Assembly: GCA_965649765.1 (NCBI GenBank)
Contig: OZ287752.1
Coordinates: 33,728,001 to 33,792,000 of the forward strand
From: Bispira polyomma
Taxonomy: Eukaryota
Length of the DNA: 64,000 bases
Direction: 5' to 3'
The translations under genes were made by a program, and so were the position numbers. The notes beneath the pieces were generated by a model. It did not search any database and was not told the origin of the DNA. It saw nothing but the letters and a program-made list of their open reading frames with translations. Below, piece by piece: positions 50,917 to 63,300 of this stretch. Position 1 is the first letter of the stretch; each line of letters starts with the position of its first letter.

Positions 50917-51074
50917 GGGCAAGAGTTTTCTGGGGTACCACAAGTTGTGTAGGTTTGGTAAAAAATATGTAGTGTCACCTTCTGATTTCTGGGGGCAAGG
51001 GTTCTTTGGGGTATCACAAGGTGTATGGGTTTGGCAAGAAATATGTAGTGTCACCTTACTTAATTCTAGGGCAA
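50772..51074 (+). repeat. 75/76-bp tandem repeat, 4 copies, overlapping the cytoplasmic tail
   Basis: Units start at 50772, 50847, 50923 and 50999 (GAGTTTTCTG.GG.ACCACAAGTTGTGT...AAATATGTAGTGTC.CCTT). Confidence 0.9.
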
Positions 51075-51694
51075 TAGGTAACATGATTACTGGAAATATC
51101 AAATATCATCTGCTATATTCTGGTGCAACAGGTTTATATAAGGTACTATTTTGGTGAGAAATTTCTATTGGTCAGCTTATTTTAATGCAAAATCACAAGT
51201 GGGTTTCATAACCATCACAACTCACAAGTGGTCATACTTTAAGAGTCGTGGCTAGTAAAAAATTTACTATGTATCCTTCTTAAACCTGGGGCATTAGGTT
51301 TACACAAGGAAATATGCAATATTACCTTGTAAGGTTTTTAGGTCTGATGCAGTGGATTTTAAATAAGGGGCAATGGATGTATGGGGGTATCTGTAAATAT
51401 GAGTTATCATTTACACACATCTGAGGCAACAGGTTTAAAAAAGACATATTGTAATGAGATTTCCAAAGTTTGAATTCAAATATTGTGTGATATTTACAAA
51501 AATTAAACACTCTTAAATATTTGATATCTGCTGATATATATTTATGTCTGAAAACCACGGTTTACCGCAGCTAAGTGAAGATCGTCAGAGTCAGTGTTTT
51601 TAGGAGGTTTCTTCTTTTATTATGTGTTTCTTGAATTGTGTTGATTTTGAAAAGTTTCCAATGCATTGTATTATGAATTAAGATGCAATATCTT

Positions 51695-51950
51695 ACAACA
51701 TCATACAATTTGTGTATAAAGAAAACCTTTTATTCTTACATGACAATATGTTGATCAAAGAAAAACATTATATGACACAATTGGTGTAAAAAGTAAACCT
51801 TTTATAGTTAACGACAAAACATCGATTAAAATAAGACATTATGCAACACAATTGGTGCATAAAGTAAACCTTTTATTGTTACATGACAAAACATTAATCC
51901 AAGGAATACATTATACACCGCATTTGCTATATAAAGTAAACCTTGTATTA
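51695..51950. repeat. ~72-bp tandem repeat, ~3.5 copies
   Basis: AAAG(T/A)AAACCTT(T/G)TAT recurs every ~72 bp. Confidence 0.8.
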
Positions 51951-52457
51951 TCCTAGAAGACTAAGCTACAGTTCCCTTTTATTTTGGATAAATATTTTAT
52001 CTTAACCTGTACCAGCATACCCGAAATTAATATATCTATATATAACTCCACATAAAACTCTTCCTAATGGTGATGTAATGTTTTTTATCAAAACCTTTAA
52101 AATAGATAAGGATTGTATTTTTGAGCCATTTGTTTTCTTTGGATTTGTTGACTGAGAATTTGATTCACCTGTCTTTTGTGCTACTTTAATGGATATTCTG
52201 TGATTACACCACAAATAGCTGTGATGCTTTTAAACCCCGTAAAACAAGGCTAAAAAAAATCACAATTTGTACATAAAACTATACACTTAACTATGCTGAC
52301 TGTTGTTTTGACTTTGTTTTATTATTTCGGTTTACAAAAATAAACAGTTATGCTGATATGTGTTTTTTTATTATTAAATACCAAAGTACACCTCTTTGAC
52401 CTCCAACCCCAATCTCCTTCTCAACAAAATAAATGTGTAGTCACCATCAGTAGAGCT

Positions 52458-52570
52458 AGCTATGACATTTTAGCACCATCAGTAGTCAGCTATGACATTT
52501 TATCACTATCAGTAACCGGCTATGACATTTTAGCACCATCAGTAGCTGCCTATGACATTTTAGCACCATG
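52458..52570. repeat. 30-bp minisatellite, ~4 copies
   Basis: CTATGACATTTTAGCACCATCAGTAG repeated. Confidence 0.9.
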
Positions 52571-52769
52571 TCTAGTGGTGTTGAGGTTTATCTCAAAAAC
52601 AAAATTGATTCAAAGGTTATCTTCACTTCTGACTACACCACCTTCAAAAATTTTTTTATATCAGTCAGTTTCAGTAAACAAACTATGTTTTTTTTGAATG
52701 CATGTCAAGAGGTCTGAATGAGTTTCTGGTTTTCATGGGTTTCCTGTTTTTTATTTGGTCCCCTTTTGT

Positions 52770-53420
52770 TATTTATGGCGATTTTAACATTCATGTAGAA
52801 AATTCAACTAGTGATACTTATAAAGTTTCTTTCGCTCCTTGACACATCTAATCTCAGTCAGTATGTCTATATTCCAACACATCTCCAAGGACATACTCTT
52901 AATCTAATTCTGGCTCCCACAGACCTAGAACTCATTTCAAACATAAAATGCGCAGACTTTATCTCCGATCAGACAATAGTTACATACCATATTAACCAAA
53001 ACTGTCCAAATGATTGTCAAAGTAACAATAAAACTTTCAAAACATTTTACAAAATTTACATGTTTCAGCTTAGCATTGACATTTCATGCACATCCTTTGT
53101 AAAAAAATCAAGCTGATATTATCTCTACAGTAAATTTCACACCTCACCATGCTATTAGATCAGCACGCACCAGAAAAAAACAGACCCTTAAAAGACCCTG
53201 CTCCCAAATGATTAACAAGTGATTCATATAAGTTGCAAAGTCTCTCTGGCACCAGTTTGAAAGAGCATGGCATAGAGATAAATCTGTTGTAAATAAACAG
53301 GTAGGGCGGTGTTTCAGACTGTTAAACAAAGCAAAAGGTGATCATTACAAGATGGTCACTGAAGAACATAGTCACAATGGGCATAAACTGTGGCATGAGC
53401 TTTCAACATCTTGGGTTTTA
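52770..53420 (+). mobile_element. L2/CR1-type APE endonuclease fragment
   Basis: IYGDFNIHVE, QYVYIPTHLQGHTLNLIL, ISDQ, LDQHAP. Confidence 0.75.
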
Positions 53421-53929
53421 TCACAACGTCCAGATATATTGATGGAAGAGACCAGTGCTAAAGCACTGTAAACCACCAACCTACGGCAAGTACCTGATAA
53501 ACTTTCCCACATGAAGGAACAAACAGGATTCAAACTAGCATTGGTGCAAGGATAGTGATTGTGAAGCAGACACTTATAACCATTAGGCCACCATGACCCT
53601 GCTCTGCAGCTTTCGTCACAGATGTATTGATAACATTTACTGTTGGAACTATTACAAGTCATACATTAAAGTTAAATACTGTTGTAAATATTACACTGCA
53701 TATATCTTAATTGTTTTTATGCTTATAAGTTTTTTATCTTATATTTTCGAGTTCATGCAATGTTATTCTTTGTACCTATAGTACAATAGAAATAAACAAA
53801 AACCTAAATACCATTTTATTAGCAAGCACCTTCAGCGCCCCATAAAACAACTGTAAATAAATGCTCCAGTACAAGTAGGTTACACACAGCTAGCTAAAAA
53901 AAAGAAAAAACACAAAAACTGTGTGATTT

Positions 53930-54270
53930 AGTTGGACCTCAATAAAACATTCCATAAAAGCCAAAGAAGAACTCCCACCTGGTGCGGACTCAAACTGGGC
54001 TAAATTGAAATGTGTCAATAGAGTAAGATCTGGTGTTATCTGCTCAAAAGTGACACTCAAGCAATAGGGATATCTGGACACTGAAGATGTGACCTGTGAA
54101 TGTGGCACTGAACCACAAACACATGGAACACTCACTGTGCTGTCCACTGCTGGAGCAACAATGCAAAGCTAAAGACCTTGTAGAATACAATATATTAGAG
54201 CTAAAGACTGTGTTCAGCTATGGCTGAAACACAACATATAGCGTGTGTATGTGGAAACAAGGAATAAAAC
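53930..54270 (+). mobile_element. 3' fragment of a Vingi/Ingi-like LINE
   Basis: PPGADSNWAKLKCVNRVRSG...*GYLDTEDVTCECGTEPQT / MEHSLCCPLL matches the Vingi-type C-terminal Cys/His region. Confidence 0.6.
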
Positions 54271-54299
54271 CAAGAATTGCTCCAGCAAGTCAAATTGTA

Positions 54300-57200
54300 C
54301 TATGTAAAACTTTTTTAAAATATAGACATTCAATTAAAAAGCGTAATCCTTGCAGACATTCTTAAAGATGCCAAAATTTAAAAAATTGATGATGACAGTT
54401 TGGGAGATGTCATTAAAGTTTATGAGCCAAGCTTTGTTTTGACAAAAATGAAACCTAATAAAAGCCCGGGTATAGATGGTTTCACGTCAGAATTCTTAAA
54501 AGTATTTTGGGGAAAGCTTAAGAACTTTATTGTTGATGCAATAAACTTCTGTCTGAAGAAAGGTACTTTGTCTACAACCCTTCGTCAGTGTATTATAGAC
54601 TGTTTGCCTAAAGGGAATAAGGAATAAAGTTTAATCAAGAACTGAAGACCTATCTAATTGTTATCTGTGATATGTAATCTTGCTTCTGGTGAAATAGCTG
54701 AGAGACTGAGAAAAATATTAGATAATATTATATCAAACACACAGACCGGACTCCTATCAGGTAGATGTGTAAGTGACAACACTAGATTAATATATGATCT
54801 GATACATATTGCAGAAACTAAGAATATACCTAGACTATTGATGTTGATCAATTTTGAAAAAGCTTTTAAACTGTGTTTCTTGGAAATTTTTATACCATTC
54901 TCTTCTTTTTGGGGTGATTTAGTAGAACGTTTGGTAAAGTTATTTAATACACACATTTAAGCTTAAATTCTTCAGTGTCGTCTTCAGAGGATGTAGACAA
55001 TGTGACCCCGATTCTTTATATTTATTTCTTGTAGGAGCTGAGATTCTGTCATTACTGGTAAAATTAAATCTAGATGTTGTATGTTTTAAATTTAAGGAAA
55101 AAATAAAACTAACACTGTATGAAACTACTTTAATTCTTGATGGATCGAAGCACTCTTTGGAAACAGCCTTGAATATATTAGAGATATTTGGTAATTTTTC
55201 AGGTTTAAAAATGAATATGGAAAAACAATAGTTATACACATAGGTCGGAAACGCTTCTAAAAAGAAAAGTTATTCTAAATTCCAAAGCATAATTGGGGCC
55301 AATTAGACTTTTTATTACTAGGAATTGAATTATCTACTGATGTAAATGCCATGCTAGATAACAATTACTTGGTTGCCCTAGAAAAAATTAAAACAGATAT
55401 TAGAAAATGACCCCTTTGGGCAAAATAACATTAATAAAAACAAAATTGTATAAATTCCTATAGAGTGAAAACCCTGATAAAGTTAAAAGAAATACAATAT
55501 GTGCTAATTACTTCGATGGAGGTTTAAAAATGATAAATATCTATCATTTTGAAAAATCATCAAAAATAGCCTGAACAAATGCTTTCTGGGCCCAATTATT
55601 TCTACACTGGGCATATTTATGTCAAATAAACACTGTTTTTCAAATACAGGAAAACGCAATTATTTGGTTTCAATATAAAATTATCTTTAAGGTATTAGAT
55701 ACTATTGAATATTTAAACAAAATAAAGGTTTCTGATACTGATACTTTTAGTTCTGTAAACAGCACCAAGAAAATATTCAGTATTTGTTTATTCATTGCCC
55801 ACATATGAAGATCTATGGAAAAATATTCAACAATGGATTCATAATAAGGTGGCAATACATATAGAACTTAGCTACTCAACAAAGACTTAAGGGTATTATA
55901 AACTGGATGATAATTGTGCGAATGTGTCATCTGCGACACACAGTAGGCTTCAAAATTCCAATGTATCTTGGATATGTTTTGGCTGTGGCCTCCCAAACTT
56001 TGATACATCATTCTTTGACTCCTATGCTCTAGATACCTCAAATCAATTTTTACCTATTTTTGACTCCTATGTTCAGTCGCCTAGTGCAGTATCTCCGATC
56101 ATATCACTTGCATCATTGTCTCCAAATGCATCAGCAACAAAGGACTGGCCTACAATCAGAGTCCGAAATAACAATAATAAAAAACATAAGTGGAGGACTA
56201 TGGTGATTAACTGTAAGAAGGAAGGCTGGAGAATTTTTAGCAGCAGCAGAATAGATCAAACCAGACTGTATACTTGGGTCGGAAAGCTGGCTGGATAATA
56301 ATATATAAAATTCAGAGGTGTTTCCGTCAAATTATAAACATATATCGGAAAGATAGAAACAGTAACGGAGGTGTTGTGTTTACAGCAATCAAATCAGATT
56401 ATGTATCCTCCAATGTTAACATTGACAATGGCAGCGGAACTGTGTGGGCAAAAGTGGATTTAAACCATAACAAGAACTTGTACGTTAAAAGTTTTTACAG
56501 ACCCCCGGACAACAAGCAAGAACCAATACAACAATGAAGTAATCAACTACCCAAGACAGCAGTAAATAAACATTTTATTCTAGGAGGTGACTTCAACCTA
56601 CCATATATAGATTGGCAAAATGAAACAGTGAAACCATCCAGCAGCATTAACCTCAACTAGTAACACACTTATAGAGGCGATGGATGACTACTCACAGGTA
56701 CAGCAAGTAACAAAACTAACTAGGGATAAAAATGTGTTAGATCTCTACTTTACAAATCAACCATCCCTTGTGAATAACGTTAAAATAGTACCTGGTATCT
56801 CCAACCATGATATAGTGGTTGTGGATACTTGTATTCATCCTAGACTTAACAAGAAAAAACCACGCAAAGTCTACAAATACATAGATGAAAACACCACATC
56901 AGTGAAACGAGACCAGGATAAATTTTCATCCGACTTTATGTCATCCAATCCCAAACATCGACCAGTTAATGACAACTGGGAATATTTAAGAAAAACTACC
57001 AATGAAATTGTGTACAAGCATGTGCCATCAAAGCTTACATCTACACGTTACAATCTCCATGGCTTGATAGAAGATAAAGAAAACTAACTTCCCCAAAAAA
57101 TAAGCTGTATACTCACGCAAAAACATCAGGTAAAATCAGTGATATGGAACAGTATAAAAAGATCAAACCAATGTCAAAGAGAAATAAGGATGTCACATCA

Positions 57201-59390
57201 TAGCTATGTGGGCAATATACTAAAAACTAGCCTAGAAGAAAAAACAATAAGAAATTTTGGAATTATGTAAAGAGCATGAAAACTGATAGTATAGTGATCC
57301 AACCTCTCAAATCCAATAGAGTCCTAAACAGTGACAACAAAGACAAAGCAGAGATACTGAACAACCAATTTAAATCAGTATTCAACTCAGTTACGGACAA
57401 CAATTGAGCAATACCAAAATCCAATACTTATGCATCAACAAACTTAACATCCGCAGAAAGGGGTAACAAAATTCTTAAAAGACCTTAAAGTTAGTTTAGC
57501 ATCCGGTCCAGATGAGTTTGCAAACAGAGTACTCAAACATTCAGCAGATGAGATATCTCCAGTTCTTACCTTTATATTTCAACAATTACTATCAAGGCGA
57601 GAGCTGCCTAAAGTCTGGCTCAAAGCCAATGTAGCACCAATTATCAAGAAGGGAGATAAACATGCAGCAGAAAACTATCATCCGGTATCTCGCACCAGTG
57701 TATGCTGTAAGGTCATGGAACATGTTGTTTGTAAGCATATCCGAAATCACCTTGACCAACATAATATCCCCACAAAGTTCCAACATGGCTTCCACAGACA
57801 TCATTCATGCGAAACTCAACTCGTCACAACAATGAATGATATTTTCAAACGTTACAACAATAAACAACAAATGGACATTGTTATTCTGGACTTTTCCAAG
57901 GCTTTTGATAAAATCAGTCATAAACTCCTACTCTCAAAATGATATGTCATGGGCATCACACAGGAAACGCATTCCTGGGTCACAGCCTTCCTTGCAAATA
58001 GACCACAAAGAGTAGTTATAAACGGTGAGTTTTCCACTGAAGTTTCAGTCAGTTCAGGTGCCCCCAAAGGGTCAGTATTAGGGCCTTTTTTCTTTTTCTG
58101 CTATATCAATTACCTTTTAGATAGGGAATGTAAATGATGCATTTTTGCTCCAAGAAGACCTGTTAGCATTAGAAAAATGGGCTGAAAATTGGATGATGTA
58201 CTTCAACCCCACTAAATGTTATGTGATGAGGCTCACAAGGACACAATCTCCAATAATTACTACCTGTACTCTATGCAACAATATCTTAGAGGAACATCAC
58301 ACAAATCCGTATTTATGAGTACTACTTAGTAACGATGCCAAATGGTCGGCACACTTATAGGCCATCTGCAGTAAAGCAAACTCTACGCTTATTTTCTTTC
58401 GCCGAAACCTTTTCAACTGTCCAGGGGGCTAAAGGAGTTGGCATACATAGCCTTGGTTCGCTCAAAGTTGGAATATGCATCCTGTGTGTTGAATTTCAAC
58501 TTAGAAAAAGACATCAAGGCAGTTGAATCAGTGCAACGCAGGAGTGCACGTTTTGTCAGCCAGGACTATGATTGGAGCCACAGTGTAACACAAATGTTAC
58601 AACAACTCGGCTGGGCAGCATTAGAGGAGAGAACAATCGAAGCCAGTTTGGGTTTACTTTTACAAAATTATAAATGGAACAGTAGCGGTAGGCAGAAAAG
58701 AGCGCCTGGAGTAGCCATACACCTCCACCAGAGAGAAACACAATCTGCAGTATAGTACTATTGGATTAAACTGTGACGCCTACAACTTTTCATTCTTCCC
58801 ACCATTCTTCTCATCATTCTTCCTACCAGTGTGGAATAACCTTAATAGTGAAATAGTCAATAGTGCCTCTTTTGATCAGTTTAAGGCACGACTAAAAGTT
58901 AATATACACCAATAGATTACCACCACACGCTCCTTTCCGGAAAGATTTACTCCATTAAGAGGTTTTCCAGTATTATACAGATACAGATAATTTTTGGCCT
59001 TTTAAATTTATACTTGTGGTAACAAGGTTTTATATACATCAGTGTTAAAAATAATTTAGCTTGAACATATATTATCTTTATAAATTGATTTTAAAAAAGT
59101 TTTAGGAACAGAAATACCTATCAGAGATTCAGTAATTTTATGAATGCCAAATTTATGACGGAAAGTGTGGCAAAAGTTGTTTGAAAATGTTGAAATAAAT
59201 TATAATAAGTCAGACAAATTGCCATATCATATATATATATATGGTCAATATGTGTACTTTTGTCAAAGAAATAGTGTAAAATGTATATATAATATGATAA
59301 TTATATAAAAGCTGTTATCTCTCAGAGCCAGTAATCACTTCTTTATGTATTGTACTTTTGTTCAACCCAAAAATCAATAAAGAAAAAAAG
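54300..59390 (+). mobile_element. Decayed L1/Tx1 LINE split by a CR1 insertion (parts ~54300-55870 and ~58990-59390)
   Basis: MKPNKSPGIDGFTSEF, QTGLLSGRCVSDNTRLIYD, FEKAF, RGCRQCDP; resumes after the CR1 with ILVVTRFYIHQC and ends AATAAAGAAAAAAAG. Confidence 0.85.
55880..58989 (+). mobile_element. CR1-group LINE with PHD-like N-terminus, APE and RT; (ATACAG)n tail
   Basis: SWICFGCGLPNF; YRKDRNSNGGVV; FYRPPD; LGGDFNLP; VLDLYFTN..GISNHD; QHGFHRHHSCETQL; LDFSKAFDK; SGAPKGSVLGP; AYIALVRSKLEYA; ends TATTATACAGATACAGATA. Confidence 0.92.
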
Positions 59391-59409
59391 TTTGTTGTAT
59401 TTAATATAG

Positions 59410-59795
59410 CTGGTACTAATGTATGACCAAACTGTGTGAGACGTCCAGGTTGTCTGTTAAACCAAAAAACAAATAAAAAAATAAATAAAATAGAAGTGTT
59501 TTGTAGTTGATATAGCTGTGACTAATGTATGACCAAACTGTGGCAAACTGTGCCTTGATGTTGTATTTGATTCAATGGCAGCCCGTGAGTGTCTAAAAAT
59601 ATGGAATGTGCGTGAGTAATGTTTTTTGTTCATTGTAAGTGTAAATTGTTTTAAATGTTGCCTATCCATAGAAACCATGAGAGGGAGCCACTTGTGGATA
59701 TTTTTAATTTGAAAAAGAGGTAGATTGTTGCCAGAAGGGTAGTTGGTCAGGAGTTTTAAAATGGCTGTTACTGGACATATTAGATTCCCATGCAA
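59410..59795 (-). mobile_element. Tyrosine-recombinase C-terminal remnant (DIRS/Ngaro-type YR retrotransposon)
   Basis: LICPVTAI..P....LPLF...TFHIFRHSRAA (HxxR motif) and TWTSHTVWSYIS (GxWxS..Y region containing the catalytic Tyr). Confidence 0.7.
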
Positions 59796-59875
59796 AAAGA
59801 GGAGGGAGGGGAAGAGGGGGGGGGGTAGTTAGCAATGTTTTTGAATTGAATTGGGATATTTAATGTCCACTGTAG

Positions 59876-60093
59876 TACCTGTTTAGGTTATATTGGGACG
59901 GGTAGTTGGAAACTCTGGAGGAAACACTGCATACAGTTGATCAAGGTTCTGCACTGAAACCAGCGGCCCAGGGTAAGGAACTACCACTTTTCCCACATAG
60001 GCATTGACGGGATTCGAACTCACGCCACCCAGAGGTGAGAGACCAGTGATTGTGAAGCGCAATGCTTGCTAACCACTAGGCCACCGCGGCCCC
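59876..60093 (-). mobile_element. tRNA-derived SINE (V-domain/BivaV-like), same family as 15378-15595
   Basis: Reverse strand GGGGCCGCGGTGGCCTAGTGGTT...GAGTTCGAATCCC; very similar to the 15.4-kb copy. Confidence 0.85.
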
Positions 60094-60285
60094 ATCCAGG
60101 CCAGTGAAGAGTAAGTGTCTACGTGCCAAATATCTGATATACCAAGGTGTGAGGATAAGTTTTTACCTATGAATAAGCATATGGGTGATATCCAGGCCAG
60201 TGAAGAGTAAGGGTCTACTTGCCAAATGTCTGATATACCAGGGTGTAAGGATAATTTTTACCTATGAATACGCATATGGGTAATA
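60094..60285. repeat. 96-bp tandem duplication in the proximal upstream region of the intact C1qDC gene
   Basis: ATCCAGGCCAGTGAAGAGTAAG... at 60094 and 60190. Confidence 0.9.
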
Positions 60286-60355
60286 TCTTAGCATGTGTTA
60301 TATTAACTGTTTAGTGTTAGCTAAGTCATAACATTCAGTAACTGGAGTGAGCAAG

Positions 60356-63300
60356 ATGAGAAACATAGTGATTTTGTGTGGTTTAGTTTTAACTGCTTGC
60401 AGATCTGAGGTAGGTAAAATACTAATAATAAATTTTTTTCACTTTAGATGCGTTATGTTTTAGATATTGAATATCTAAAAATGTTTAGAGATTAAAAGAA
60501 GCCAGAACAATGAAATTTGCAGAAAGAAAAAATATGACCATTATTTAAATACAGCATTAGTCTAGTTTTTTGAACAAATGTTGCACTGTTTAATTTTTGC
60601 CAGAGCTCTAAATTATTTTAATGTAGGGATGGTAATGGTAAAGTCAAATGTTATGAAAGTTTGTACTTATAATATTTGTGTCAGTAAAGCCAAAAATTTA
60701 CTTTAACGTCAATGTACATACAACAGTAAAAACCATGAACAGAAGAATTGTTTTTAAATGTAATTTCCAGTTTCTCAAAGTTCAGTAAATATTGATAATA
60801 CATATTTGATATACCAATTAGAATATATCACAATTAGAATATCGCACTCTGTATACCATGCCTCTCAGTGAAGTCTTAACTAAGTTCAAAGCTAGGTATA
60901 ATTTCTATGTTGATGGCACAAAAGGTCTATCTTGCTCTGGATCATTTAAATTATGTTAGCTGCAAGAGATGAAAAAGAAATTTAAAACATAATCATCACC
61001 AAAAATTCAACCACTACATCAGATCCTATGCCAACAGTCGTTCTTCAAGTATGCATCTGTCAATAAGCCGCACTTCTGAGCACTATAACCAAATTGTCAA
61101 CTTGTTAATGGAAACTGGCCAATTTCCATCATGTCTTAAACATGCTTTAGTAAATCAAACATTTTCTTTAACACTGAGATGAGATCATGCTGCTTCAAAC
61201 ATTTTGTATAACACTGAAGTGAGATGCTAACATATTTTTAGGAACTTCAACAAAGTTCGCTGACTGTTGATGATGTGCAAAACATTATACAGAACCATGT
61301 TTCTAAGGTATGTGTCAATGATACAGAAGTTTAAGTTTATCTGTGTTACATTTGTACAAAATATCAAATGTAAAAATATCCAAATTCCTATTTTTAAATG
61401 ATGTTCCATCTTGACTTACTGTTATTGCAAATTGCAATTTGAAAAATATATTTATGAAAAAAACAGGTATTTTTCAGTAATTACAGCACCTAGTAGATTA
61501 AACCAAACCTTGATGTCCTTCTAAATTGTAATTGTGTGATATTACTTATTGTGAGTCAACACCTTTAAATATCTCTTTTGTTGTGGCTAGATTGACAAAG
61601 AGCTGGATTCCATAAAAAGTACAGTTGGTCTATTACAGAAAGAAAACCTCGAACTTAAACAGGTTAGACTTACTGTTCATGTTGGAGTAACCCATGGCTA
61701 TTTATGATTGATAAAAACTTCATTTTTAATTCAAATGTCCCTTCTTGCCACCAGAATTCCTGGTCAACCTCATGGAGAGTGATATGTTCCATTAATTAGG
61801 TTTTACAACCTCAGTGTAGTCGTAATCTCAAAGTAAAAATCAGAGCTAGCTATTTACCAGTAAAATGCTGTGATCAATTGGTTTAAACACTGCAGAATAA
61901 ATCAAACGGTGTAATCTGTCAAACTAGTTATTCTGCCATATTTGTTATTTTGTGAATATTTAAAATTGTACTTTGTGTTGACTGATATTATTGAATACAA
62001 AGGTCCTACAGCTAGAGTTGCTTGGTGGCTAACACACTTGCTTTGGTAACCAGAGAACCTGGGTTTGATCCCAGTCTACGGAGACCAGGTACAAACTTGA
62101 GAGCTACTAGCCCTACGAGTTTACACAGTTTTGTAATGTTAGTGACCTGAGTTCTTGTAATGTCATTGATTATCGTAACACACATCATCTTTAGAAACAT
62201 GACCAAATCGATGAACTGTTCGGACTGACAAGGCTTGAATGTTGTTGAAGAATGGTCAATTGTTAAAACTTTTGGCTGGAAAAAAGTGTTTCGCAAGTAT
62301 GTGGGTAGAAAGTGTTATGATCTAACAAAACATATTTGTGCATATATTTGCAAGCATTTCAAAGTTTCATTGTGTTACCCTTATTATTGATCATCATGTC
62401 AGATTGGAACTGTGATTCATAAATATTGCAAAATCGATTGTAGTCATAATATAATGCATATTGCTAATCCTGTTAAAGGAGCTTATGTTAAAAATTTGTT
62501 TTTCAGTAAAGTTTCTAATATGTCAGATATGCACAGGAGATTATCTAACAGCAACTTAACATGGCAGGACAAACTGCATTTACTGCCTTTGATGATAATG
62601 ATGAACGGGACTATATGTCCGGAGACTTAATTCAATTTCCGATAAACAGATTAGATATTGGTGGAAATTATAACCCAGAAATTGGAATATATACTTGCCC
62701 CGTCAATGGAATATATAGTTTAAGGTACTTTTGAATTAGATGATTTTTTCTCTGATCATTTAAATGTCAAGCGATAAGAAACTACTTTATTATTTTATTG
62801 CTAAGACGGTATTGTATTTAATGATATATTTATAAGGATATTAGGTAGTTCTAACCATTTTAGAATTATGTTTACACTACATGTTGTATAAAATATTTAA
62901 CTGTATGCAAATGAGATTATTTGTTTTGTGTTTATGCTAGGTAATATAACTTTTTTAAACCTTCTGCATGTCTGTATATGGTTCAAACCTGTTGGGTTAA
63001 AGCAAATTAGTAAATATACTATTTACTGCTTGGAGGAAAAGTATCAGAATATTTTACCTCACAAATATCACTCTGTCTATTTGTGACTAGTATGTAATGA
63101 TCTGCCAGTAGAAACATTATAATTATAGTATATTTTGCAAATATGTAATTACTATGCTTTTTAATCTGCAGTGTGATGATACTCTTATTAATATGGTATA
63201 CTTGTATATTGTATTCAAATTCCCGAATTTTTTTGTTTTACAATTCCACATTAATAATATTCCTTAAAGAAGTAAGATCCTTCCACACACACTTACTTTT

